Shown one piece after another: positions 8,132 to 16,405 of a stretch of 29,074 nucleotides of DNA. Numbering within the stretch: the stretch's first letter is position 1; each line of letters begins with the position of its first letter. Made by a program: the position numbers and the translations under genes. Location: the IMG/VR virus record IMGVR_UViG_3300025083_000157, positions 1 through 29,074 of that record; one strand, given 5' to 3'. The stretch is from a virus. Lineage: Duplodnaviria > Caudoviricetes. A model generated the notes under the pieces. The model was not told the DNA's origin. It did not search any database and saw only the letters and a list, made by a program, of their open reading frames with translations.

Positions 8132-8386
8132 ATGGCAACATACAAATTTCCACAATTCAACACTGAAATCACAAACCCAACAATCACAGTAGACGCAAAT
8201 TCAATTTCAGTTCATGCTTTACGCAATGAGATTAGTTTGAGTGTAACACTGCAAACTACTAATAGTAAACTTTATGGAGTATTATTAGAAAATATCCCTG
8301 TAGCTAATCTAAATTATGAAGGTGAAGCTAATCTAATGACTAGAGCTTTAGAAGGACTAGCTCAGTATGAAGTTGAAACACCTTAA
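8132..8386 (+). CDS. Hypothetical protein (84 aa), cassette gene 3
   Basis: Clean ORF MATYKFPQFN with an A-rich initiation region. Confidence 0.7.
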   Translation: MATYKFPQFNTEITNPTITVDANSISVHALRNEISLSVTLQTTNSKLYGVLLENIPVANLNYEGEANLMTRALEGLAQYEVETP

Positions 8387-8411
8387 AGTATAGCTTGTTT
8401 CTCTAACCAAT

Positions 8412-8461
8412 TAGGTTTGGGATTAAACCGTCATATTTATAATAAACAAAATATAGGAGAA
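8412..8461 (+). repeat. Direct repeat copy 2, comprising the tail sheath promoter motif (TATTTATA 8434-8441) and SD AGGAGA
   Basis: 46/50 identical to 7030-7079. Confidence 0.9.
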
Positions 8462-8466
8462 TAATA

Positions 8467-10947
8467 ATGGCAGAAAGAATTGTTTCGCCTGGTGTATTTA
8501 CGAATGAAGTTGATCAATCGTTTTTAGCCGGAGGAGTAGCACAAATTGGTGCAGCAATAGTAGGGTCAACCGTAAAGGGGCCTGCACTAGTACCGACTCA
8601 AATTACATCATATGGTGAATTTGAACAAATATTCGGATCATATACAGATGATTCATATGTTCCATTTGTAGTTAATGACTACCTGAGAAATGGAAATGTA
8701 ATAACAGTAACACGACTTTTATATGAAGATGGTTACTCTATACCAAATGGGGCAATTGGCGTCATTGCAAAATCAGGATCAGGTGCAGATGCAGTTGAAA
8801 CCGTAACACATATACTTCATCCAACGCAAGCAGTATTAGGTGCTGGTGGTGTTGTGAATGCGGCATATTTTGAAGACTCGGTTATTAATAATAATTCGTC
8901 AGGTTCATTTGAAATAAAAGTATCTGGATCATTTACTACTGACACAACAATACCAGGCTTTAGTGCATTCTTAGCAGGGAACGGAGCTTCAGTATCAGCT
9001 TCAATTGTATCGACTGATAATTCATATATAACAAAAACATATGGTAAGTCTCCTAAATCAGTAGATTATCCAGTATATGTACAATATGAAAATAAAAATG
9101 CATCTAGCTTGTTTAATAATATGGCTGATGTCACTATTTCATTGGAACAAGTAACTGGTAGTAACTATGCATTTTTAGAAGATTATAAAACAGCAGCAAC
9201 ACCGTTTATTACTTCTCAGAAAATTGGAACAACGGCAAAGAATCTATTTAAATTTCACACACTATCACATGGTACCTCAGTTAGTTCTGAAGTGAAAATT
9301 GGTATTCGTGATATTAGACTTGCTAGCGAAGTTTCAGATCCAAATGGATACGGAACATTTACAGTAGAGGTAAGACGTGTAAACACTACCAATATTGCTA
9401 ATACTCCATATTCATCACAAGACACAGACAGAACACCGGATATTGTTGAATCATTTACAAATCTAAATTTAGATCCAGACTCTCCTAGATATATTTCTAG
9501 AGTAATTGGAGACCGATATAGCACAGTAACTGATGCTGGTGATATTGTTGTTAATGGTGATTATCCTAATTTATCTAAATTTATTAGAGTGGAAGTTGAT
9601 CCAGGTGTAGCAGAAAAAACAAACAGTGAAACATTGATACCATTTGGGTTTGTGGCATTAACATCGCCAATTCCGATGTATAGTGCATCACTTAATTTAC
9701 CAGCAACAGAAACATTAACATCACAAGTTCAAACCACATTTAATAGCAGAAATTATTTCGGATTTGATTTTGATAATTTGAATAACTTGAATTATTTATC
9801 TCCAATTCCAACTTCTAATTCGACTACTGGTAGTAATGTAGACTTTTATCTAGGTGATGTAAGCCAAGATGCGGAAGCAAATTTCCCAACAGCAGCAACT
9901 GCATATAGTGGATCATTGACAACAGCATTGAATGCTAATACATTTACTAGCAACGTTTCTATTAACACTAGAAAGTTTATGGTGCCAATGCAAGGTGGGT
10001 TTGATGGAGCTCGTCCTAATTTACCTAAACTATCAGGAACAAATATTAAATCTACAAACACATTTGGATTTGATTGTAGTGGTACAGCCACAACTGGAAC
10101 TAAGGCATATAATAAAGCATTCACATTGCTAAGTAATGCAGATTATTATGATATGAACATGTTGATAACACCAGGTGTTATTGATAGCCTTCACCCATTA
10201 GTAACTAGTGCTGCTAGAAACTTGGTAGAACAAAGACAAGACACATTCTATATAATGGATAGTAATGCATTAACAGATAATATTGATACTGTAGTTCAAC
10301 AAGTAACAAATATTGATAGCAATTATGCAGCAACATATTTCCCATGGGTAAGAGTTGTAGATCCAGGAAAAAATAAACCAATTTTCGTTCCGCCATCAGT
10401 AGTGATGCCAGGTGTATTAGCATTTAATGATGTTGTAACTGCACCATGGTATGCACCAGCTGGTTTAACTAGAGGTGGTTTGACAACAGCAATTGGTACA
10501 TATAAGAATCTAAGTCAATCAGATAGAGATGAGTTGTATGAGAATCGTGTTAATCCTATAGCAAACTTCCCTAATGAAGGAATTTGTGTTTGGGGGCAAA
10601 AGACATTGCAAGCTCGTCCGAGTGCATTAGACCGTGTCAATGTGCGTCGTTTGCTTATCGAAGTTAAGAAGTTTATTGCGTCGTCAACTAAATACCTAGT
10701 ATTCGAACAAAACACTTCAGCAACACGAAACAGATTCTTGAGCATTGTGAATCCTTATTTAGAACAAGTAAGAGCACAACAAGGTTTGTCAGCATTCCGT
10801 GTAGTAATGGATGAAACAAATAACACACCAGACGTAATAGATAGAAATATAATGTATGGTCAAATATTTTTACAACCAACTAGAACGGCAGAATTTATTG
10901 TCTTAGACTTTAATATTCAACCTACGGGTGCATCATTTCCTGAATAG
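8467..10947 (+). CDS. Contractile tail sheath protein (T4 gp18-like)
   Basis: 826 aa. N-terminal SPGVFTNEVD. C-terminal PWYAPAGLTRG, WGQKTLQ, DRVNVRRL, FEQN and PTRTAEFI. Confidence 0.95.
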   Translation: MAERIVSPGVFTNEVDQSFLAGGVAQIGAAIVGSTVKGPALVPTQITSYGEFEQIFGSYTDDSYVPFVVNDYLRNGNVITVTRLLYEDGYSIPNGAIGVIAKSGSGADAVETVTHILHPTQAVLGAGGVVNAAYFEDSVINNNSSGSFEIKVSGSFTTDTTIPGFSAFLAGNGASVSASIVSTDNSYITKTYGKSPKSVDYPVYVQYENKNASSLFNNMADVTISLEQVTGSNYAFLEDYKTAATPFITSQKIGTTAKNLFKFHTLSHGTSVSSEVKIGIRDIRLASEVSDPNGYGTFTVEVRRVNTTNIANTPYSSQDTDRTPDIVESFTNLNLDPDSPRYISRVIGDRYSTVTDAGDIVVNGDYPNLSKFIRVEVDPGVAEKTNSETLIPFGFVALTSPIPMYSASLNLPATETLTSQVQTTFNSRNYFGFDFDNLNNLNYLSPIPTSNSTTGSNVDFYLGDVSQDAEANFPTAATAYSGSLTTALNANTFTSNVSINTRKFMVPMQGGFDGARPNLPKLSGTNIKSTNTFGFDCSGTATTGTKAYNKAFTLLSNADYYDMNMLITPGVIDSLHPLVTSAARNLVEQRQDTFYIMDSNALTDNIDTVVQQVTNIDSNYAATYFPWVRVVDPGKNKPIFVPPSVVMPGVLAFNDVVTAPWYAPAGLTRGGLTTAIGTYKNLSQSDRDELYENRVNPIANFPNEGICVWGQKTLQARPSALDRVNVRRLLIEVKKFIASSTKYLVFEQNTSATRNRFLSIVNPYLEQVRAQQGLSAFRVVMDETNNTPDVIDRNIMYGQIFLQPTRTAEFIVLDFNIQPTGASFPE

Positions 10948-10963
10948 GATTAAAAAATAACAC

Positions 10964-10993
10964 AAAAGGCAGGATTTTGGTTCTGCCTTTTTT
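10964..10993 (+). terminator. Rho-independent terminator
   Basis: AAAAGGCAGGA-ttttgg-TTCTGCCTTTTTT after the sheath stop. Confidence 0.8.
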
Positions 10994-11004
10994 ACTGTTC
11001 GTTA

Positions 11005-11012
11005 TATTTATA
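11005..11012 (+). promoter_or_regulatory. Putative late promoter TATTTATA
   Basis: Directly after the terminator, 29 nt before ATG 11034. Confidence 0.6.
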
Positions 11013-11033
11013 TTAAAATACAAGGAATACAAT

Positions 11034-11558
11034 ATGGCATTAGAAGATCAATTAAACGCGAACTTTCAAGATTATGGTATTGACAATAATTATTGGCAAA
11101 ACGCATACTCATGGGAACCAAAGAAGTCGCATCAATTTATCATGGAAATAGAAGGCATACCTGCATATCTTATACATTCATCTGCTAAACCTAGTCTAGA
11201 CAATGGAGAAATTGTATTAGATCACATGAACGTTCAACGTTACGTAAAAGGTAAAACTAAATGGAATGGAATCTCAATATCACTATATGATCCAATTGTA
11301 CCATCAGCAGCACAGTCTGTTATGGATTGGGTACGTTTGCATCATGAATCTGCAACTGGTAGAGATGGGTATTCATCAATGTATAAAAAAGAAGTAACAT
11401 TGACATCACTTTCTCCATTAGGTGAAAAAGTTGAGGAATGGATATTAAAAGGAACATATATTACTAGTACAAACTTTGGTGAATTAGATTGGTCAAGTGA
11501 AGACGTTGTTAAAATTTCAATGGATCTTCGATACGATTGGGCATTCTTAAATTTCTAA
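11034..11558 (+). CDS. Tail tube protein (T4 gp19-like)
   Basis: 174 aa from ATG 11034 (AAGGA upstream). The track start at 10977 lies in the terminator. Motifs YVKGKTKW, LYDPI, VEEWILKG, FGELDW, LRYD. Follows the sheath gene. Confidence 0.9.
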   Translation: MALEDQLNANFQDYGIDNNYWQNAYSWEPKKSHQFIMEIEGIPAYLIHSSAKPSLDNGEIVLDHMNVQRYVKGKTKWNGISISLYDPIVPSAAQSVMDWVRLHHESATGRDGYSSMYKKEVTLTSLSPLGEKVEEWILKGTYITSTNFGELDWSSEDVVKISMDLRYDWAFLNF

Positions 11559-11581
11559 AAATACAAATTATATTAATAGAG

Positions 11582-11609
11582 TGGGTAGATTAATTTCTAC
11601 CCATTTTTT
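11582..11609 (+). terminator. Rho-independent terminator
   Basis: TGGGTAGA-ttaatt-TCTACCCA followed by T6. Confidence 0.8.
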
Positions 11610-11620
11610 GTGTTCACCCA

Positions 11621-11628
11621 TATTTATA
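11621..11628 (+). promoter_or_regulatory. Putative late promoter TATTTATA
   Basis: After the terminator, 30 nt before ATG 11651. Confidence 0.6.
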
Positions 11629-11650
11629 ATAAAGTTATAATGAGGATATT

Positions 11651-12433
11651 ATGAGTAAAGTTACCGATCGATTAGACAACAAACAAATTGTTGAATTAGC
11701 AAAAAAGCAGTACGAGCAACAAAAGCAAAACAGCAAATTTCCTGCAAACATAATTACATTGCCATCTCAAGGCAAAGTATATGCAGAAACATCAGTGTTA
11801 AATTCAGGAAAAATAGAAATGCGGCACATGACTGCATATGATGAAGACATACTATCTAATAGTAGTTATATAAGCGAAGGTGTTATGTTTGATAAACTGC
11901 TAGAAGCATTAATTGTAACACCAGGAGTTGATATTTCTGAGCTTGTTATTGGTGACAAAGAATGGTTAATTATATCTGCCAGAATATTAGGATATGGAAA
12001 TGAATATCCAGTATCAGTCACTGATCCTAAAACAGATAAGCCGGTAAGTGCAATATTGGATCTATCAAAGTTAAAATCACGAACATTTGATAAAGCAGCA
12101 GATAGTAACGGTTGTTTTGAATATATTATTCCTAGTAATAACGATGTTATTAAATTTAAATATTTATCAGCTGCAGATGCTAATAAAGTAGAAGACGAAT
12201 CAATTAACTCTTCATTTCTCAAAATGTCAATCCATGCAATAAACGGAGATACGGACGTTAATATTATAGAAGAGTATTTAAAATATGAACTGCGAGCAAT
12301 AGATAGTAGAAAACTTAGAAAATATATTGTGGAATCAGCACCCGGTATTAATTATGAAACAGAAGTAGTGGATGATGCGGGAGCCACTTATCCTGCCACA
12401 TTTCAATTTAAGCTCGACCTTTTTTGGTTTTAA
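11651..12433 (+). CDS. Baseplate hub/tail assembly chaperone (T4 gp26-like)
   Basis: ITLPSQGKVY, MRHMTAYDEDIL and GDKEWLIISARILGYG motifs. Lies between the tube and tape measure genes. Confidence 0.75.
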   Translation: MSKVTDRLDNKQIVELAKKQYEQQKQNSKFPANIITLPSQGKVYAETSVLNSGKIEMRHMTAYDEDILSNSSYISEGVMFDKLLEALIVTPGVDISELVIGDKEWLIISARILGYGNEYPVSVTDPKTDKPVSAILDLSKLKSRTFDKAADSNGCFEYIIPSNNDVIKFKYLSAADANKVEDESINSSFLKMSIHAINGDTDVNIIEEYLKYELRAIDSRKLRKYIVESAPGINYETEVVDDAGATYPATFQFKLDLFWF

Positions 12434-12650
12434 AGCAAAAGACCAAGTATTATTTCATAATCAATTATTTGACCTATTATGGGCTGGTGAAGGTCGTTGG
12501 TCATTTGAAGACATATACACGATGCCTTTGCGAATTCGTAAACTATGGGTATCTAGAATCAACAAGATACGGAGTGATGCTGCAGCAGATCAACAAGATC
12601 AAGTCAATCGACAAAAAAATAAGATCAACAGACCAAAGTTCAAAAATTAA
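12420..12650 (+). CDS. gp51-like small tail assembly domain, probably reached by a frameshift from the upstream gene
   Basis: +1 frame reads FFGFKAKDQVLFHNQLFDLLWAGEGRWSFEDIYTMPLRIRKLW. No well-placed start codon. The overlap contains CTTTTTTGGTTTTAA. Confidence 0.65.
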   Translation, partial: FFGFKAKDQVLFHNQLFDLLWAGEGRWSFEDIYTMPLRIRKLWVSRINKIRSDAAADQQDQVNRQKNKINRPKFKN

Positions 12651-12658
12651 CTTGTAAA

Positions 12659-12666
12659 TATTTATA
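12659..12666 (+). promoter_or_regulatory. Putative late promoter TATTTATA
   Basis: 23 nt before ATG 12682. Confidence 0.55.
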
Positions 12667-12681
12667 ATAAAGAGTCAATTA

Positions 12682-14598
12682 ATGAGATCTTCAAAACACG
12701 TGTCTATTAACGAATTAAAGAAGCAGCCTAGACTCGGTATGGCAAATGAATTTGACAAATTTGCTAAATCTATTGGCGATTTAAATAAAGGCGGTACTGT
12801 AGCTAAAATTGCTAAAGAAATCGATACCTTCGCTGCGTCATTAAAAGGTGTTGGTCCGGCTATTGAAGATGTGAGTAAGCTCGTTTCAGCCAACATCAGC
12901 GAATTTGCAGCATTGTCAGCAGGTGTTGGTAGAGCCACTGCTTATTTTGATGATTTTGCAAAAGCAACCGAAAAGTCAATAAAAAATCTCACATTCTTAA
13001 TAGAAAGTCAAAAAGACTTACAAAAAGAATTTAAATTGAGTAGTGCCGGCGGATTTGATTTTTCTAAACGGTTACGAGCTATTAACGTTGAAATTGGCGA
13101 TGCTAAACTATTTAAATATGCTGCAGGATTAGGAAAGATTACTGGTGGGTTTATAACGTCTAATAAAGTACAAAAAACTACATTAAGTAATCTAATTAAA
13201 ACACAAACATTTTTACAAAACAATATAGGATTATCAGAAGAAGGCGCACAGAGCTTTGAATTATATGCTGCGGGTATCGGAAAAACAGGAGCTGAAGCAG
13301 CAGGTGAAATTGAACAAATGTCTAGAGCATTGGAAGAATTTACCGGAATAGATGCAGTGCAACAACAATCTCAAATTATGCAAGACATAGCTGCTATGGG
13401 ATCAGATCTACAATTGCAATATGGTGGGGTTGGAAACAAATTAGAAGTAGCCACAATGAAAGCCAGATTGTTAGGCACATCCATGGAAAGTTTACATGGT
13501 ACTGGAGAATCATTGTTAAACATAGAATCCAGTATTGGTGCAGAAATGGAATACCAACAACTAACCGGCCGGCGATTATTAGACAATCAAGGTAAAAGTT
13601 TAACAAACGAATATCGACTGGCAACTGTAACTGGTGATGCTACTAAACAAGCAGAGTTAATGAATCAATTCATTGCTAGTGAAGGTGATACTCTTGAAAA
13701 GAATTTATTTGCACGACAGAAAGCTGCTCAGCTAATGGGAACTGACGAAGCAACATTAGCCAAAATGATTCAGAAAAGAAAACTATTGGTCGATCTAAAT
13801 GCTGAAGATATAATGAATATGTCAGCTGATGATGCTCAAAGTGCCATACAAAAACTTAAAGAAGAAGCTAAAGGTGATGAAGATAAACTTAAAAAAATTG
13901 ATGAGTTACTTAAAACATCAGACACCAGAACACCTGCAGAAAGAAGCGCTGACTCATTAGACGCAATAAAAAAAGATATAGCATTTATTGGACAAGGCGG
14001 AATAATTGCTGGGGATGGTAAACGAACTGCTGATGGCCCGTCGGGAGCTGTATTTACAAAGGACCTCAACGATTCGGTTAAAGCATCGATGGAATTTGCA
14101 AGAAAAGCATCCGAAACATTTACAGAGCCGAACTTTATAAAAGGCATTGGAAGTCTAGGTATTGTTAGTGATAGATTGCAAGAATCACTTGTTCCATTAA
14201 AACAACTGGGTGAGGTATTACCAGGAGTATTAGGAAAAGGAATAGATAAGATTGCTGGGAAGATAACGGATTTAACTACAATAATAAAAGATCCATCAGC
14301 TGAACCAGTAGTAACAGGTAAAGCAACTGGTGGATACATATCAGGCGCAGGCACCGGAACATCAGATTCGATACCAGCCCGATTATCCGACGGTGAATAT
14401 GTTATTAATGCCGCAGCTACCAGAAGAAACAAATCATTGCTAGACAAAATCAATAGTGGCGGACCAGTTGGTTATGCCGCAGGAGGACCAGTAACATCAA
14501 ATGCAAGAATGGAAAGTCTTCTGCAAAGCATACTTGTTACACTTCGAGGAAGCAACGTAATGGGTGACACATCAATGAACGGGAGGAAACGAATATAA
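12682..14598 (+). CDS. Tape measure protein
   Basis: 638 aa, Ala/Gln/Lys-rich and helical-looking. C-terminal ATGGYISGAGTGTSDSIPARLSDGEYVI motif typical of tape measure proteins. Follows the chaperone pair. Confidence 0.8.
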   Translation: MRSSKHVSINELKKQPRLGMANEFDKFAKSIGDLNKGGTVAKIAKEIDTFAASLKGVGPAIEDVSKLVSANISEFAALSAGVGRATAYFDDFAKATEKSIKNLTFLIESQKDLQKEFKLSSAGGFDFSKRLRAINVEIGDAKLFKYAAGLGKITGGFITSNKVQKTTLSNLIKTQTFLQNNIGLSEEGAQSFELYAAGIGKTGAEAAGEIEQMSRALEEFTGIDAVQQQSQIMQDIAAMGSDLQLQYGGVGNKLEVATMKARLLGTSMESLHGTGESLLNIESSIGAEMEYQQLTGRRLLDNQGKSLTNEYRLATVTGDATKQAELMNQFIASEGDTLEKNLFARQKAAQLMGTDEATLAKMIQKRKLLVDLNAEDIMNMSADDAQSAIQKLKEEAKGDEDKLKKIDELLKTSDTRTPAERSADSLDAIKKDIAFIGQGGIIAGDGKRTADGPSGAVFTKDLNDSVKASMEFARKASETFTEPNFIKGIGSLGIVSDRLQESLVPLKQLGEVLPGVLGKGIDKIAGKITDLTTIIKDPSAEPVVTGKATGGYISGAGTGTSDSIPARLSDGEYVINAAATRRNKSLLDKINSGGPVGYAAGGPVTSNARMESLLQSILVTLRGSNVMGDTSMNGRKRI

Positions 14599-16103
14599 TG
14601 CCAACTAATACTACATATCCAAATGCAGCAGAATGGACTCCGCTACAAGCTAAAACCACAAATATCACTCTAGGTAGTTTAGCTCAAAAAGCAACAGGGT
14701 TTGCCGTAGGCGCAATTGGTAGTTTATCTGGAATACCGCAAGTAGCTCAAATTGGACAAAGTTTTACTAATAGCTCAGAAAATTATTCTCCTAAATCTGC
14801 TTATGCTGTATCTGCCGTTAATGCTTTAAAGTCAACTAATAATGTTGGAATACAATATCCAGACTTCAGAGCAAGAAAATTCCCTAAAGAGGGAGTAGAT
14901 ACTGCAATTGCATTATCAACAAAACGAGTAGACGGATTAGCGGTATCGCAAAGAACACTATTCGATCGCTCAGATGCTGGTAATAATAAAAATGCAATTC
15001 GCTCCGGATTATATTCTGCTACATCTATTTCTCCGTATGGTCCATATTCTATATTTAACTTGCAAACATTGTATGGTTGGGGAGATCATGATAATCCATA
15101 TGCTTTGAGAAATGATTTTACAGCACAAAGTCATGTAGCTACTCAATGGTCTCCTGGTATTGTAAACGATGTGTCGACAGATGAATCTGGCCCAGGTAAC
15201 TATAAACAAGATCCAGGATCATGGATTCCTACTAAAAACCTATTATCTAAAGCAACACCATTCCGAGGTGATAAAGTCAATGTTATAGATTTTAGTCAAC
15301 GAGAATTAAAAGATGCATATCGATGGTTGCCTAAACCTAAAATATTTGGAGATGCGGCGATTTTTGATAAAGTCGGAACAACAGCAGATCTTATAAAGTT
15401 TTTCTTTACTGGACCTAAGCTTCATGCCGGGAACACTACCGAGGAAGACGATATCATAGTTTTCCGTGCAGTAATTGGTTCGATTTCTGATAGCTTCAAT
15501 GCGTCATGGAATGGATTTCAACTTATAGGTAGGGGAGATCAAAATTTTCAGTATGGCGGATTTACCAGAGACATATCAATTGATTTTACTGTGTATGCAA
15601 CAGACAGAGATGAAGTTAAACCAATTTGGAGAAAATTAAATGCATTGGCCGGATATACCGCACCAGAATATACCACAGATAATATTGCACTAGTAGGCCC
15701 ATGGATGCGTATAACTATAGGAGACTTATTCAATCAACAAGCAGTGATAGTAAAAAGTGTTAATTACACATTACATAGTGCAGATACAACATGGGAAACT
15801 AACATAGAACAAGATCCACAGATGATGCAAACACCACATAAGGTAGACGTTAATATGACAGTAACACCTATCACAGATTGGTTACCGCAAAAAGGAGGCA
15901 AGTTCTATTCATTGGCTAAACGATTCGATGGTGATTCGGGACTACCACTACCAGGAAATGACAATTGGTTAAGTGATACTAGGAATAATGCAGAATTAAG
16001 TGTCGATGAATTAGCAAAAATAGCTAAAAGCCAAGCCGAGGCAGATGCTAAACGACTAGAAAAAGACGCAAGAAGAGAAGAAAGAAATGCAGCAAGGGGC
16101 TAA
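14598..16103 (+). CDS. Baseplate/tail tube initiator protein (gp48/gp54-like C-terminal domain)
   Basis: C-terminal FRAVIGSISDSFNASW..GRGDQNFQYGGFTRDISIDF..PWMRITIGDLF is a tube-like pattern. Synteny. Confidence 0.6.
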   Translation: MPTNTTYPNAAEWTPLQAKTTNITLGSLAQKATGFAVGAIGSLSGIPQVAQIGQSFTNSSENYSPKSAYAVSAVNALKSTNNVGIQYPDFRARKFPKEGVDTAIALSTKRVDGLAVSQRTLFDRSDAGNNKNAIRSGLYSATSISPYGPYSIFNLQTLYGWGDHDNPYALRNDFTAQSHVATQWSPGIVNDVSTDESGPGNYKQDPGSWIPTKNLLSKATPFRGDKVNVIDFSQRELKDAYRWLPKPKIFGDAAIFDKVGTTADLIKFFFTGPKLHAGNTTEEDDIIVFRAVIGSISDSFNASWNGFQLIGRGDQNFQYGGFTRDISIDFTVYATDRDEVKPIWRKLNALAGYTAPEYTTDNIALVGPWMRITIGDLFNQQAVIVKSVNYTLHSADTTWETNIEQDPQMMQTPHKVDVNMTVTPITDWLPQKGGKFYSLAKRFDGDSGLPLPGNDNWLSDTRNNAELSVDELAKIAKSQAEADAKRLEKDARREERNAARG

Positions 16104-16105
16104 TA

Positions 16106-16405
16106 ATGAGTAGATATTCAACCACAAATATAATGAAAGACCTAAACGGTAAGCGTAGACGTAGTACTACTATATTCCCAACTATACCAGCTACTGCAAA
16201 TGACACATTCATAATCACTACTAGTGCAGATCGATTAGATAAATTGGCTAATACATTTTATGGTGATGTTTCATTGTGGTGGGTAATTGCTGCAGCAAAT
16301 GGATTAGGAAAAGGAACTTTAGTTGTCCCAGCAAATACCAAAATGAGAATACCAGCAAAAACAGAATTTTTAGATCAAGTTATACAAACAAATAGAACAA
16401 GATGA
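16106..16405 (+). CDS. LysM-like baseplate wedge protein (gp53/P2 gpX-like)
   Basis: DRLDKLANTFYGDVSLWWVIAAAN..MRIP motif. Confidence 0.8.
   Translation: MSRYSTTNIMKDLNGKRRRSTTIFPTIPATANDTFIITTSADRLDKLANTFYGDVSLWWVIAAANGLGKGTLVVPANTKMRIPAKTEFLDQVIQTNRTR

Noticed and set aside
7030-8461. CRISPR array or IS/transposon
   Set aside because: Only two repeat copies 1382 bp apart. No spacers, terminal inverted repeats, transposase or integrase.
10977-11033. N-terminal extension of the tail tube ORF
   Set aside because: It runs through the terminator and promoter motif. ATG 11034 has an SD-like AAGGA and the usual promoter spacing.
12424-12657. Open -1 frame after the chaperone gene, as a classical -1 frameshift product
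   Set aside because: There is no XXXYYYZ heptamer in the right phase and the translation is not protein-like, whereas the +1 frame carries the recognisable domain. Not formally excluded.
13836-14453. 205-aa minus-strand ORF, and the other minus-strand ORFs in the track
   Set aside because: They are antisense to well-supported + strand genes and have no recognisable motifs. These are typical shadow ORFs.
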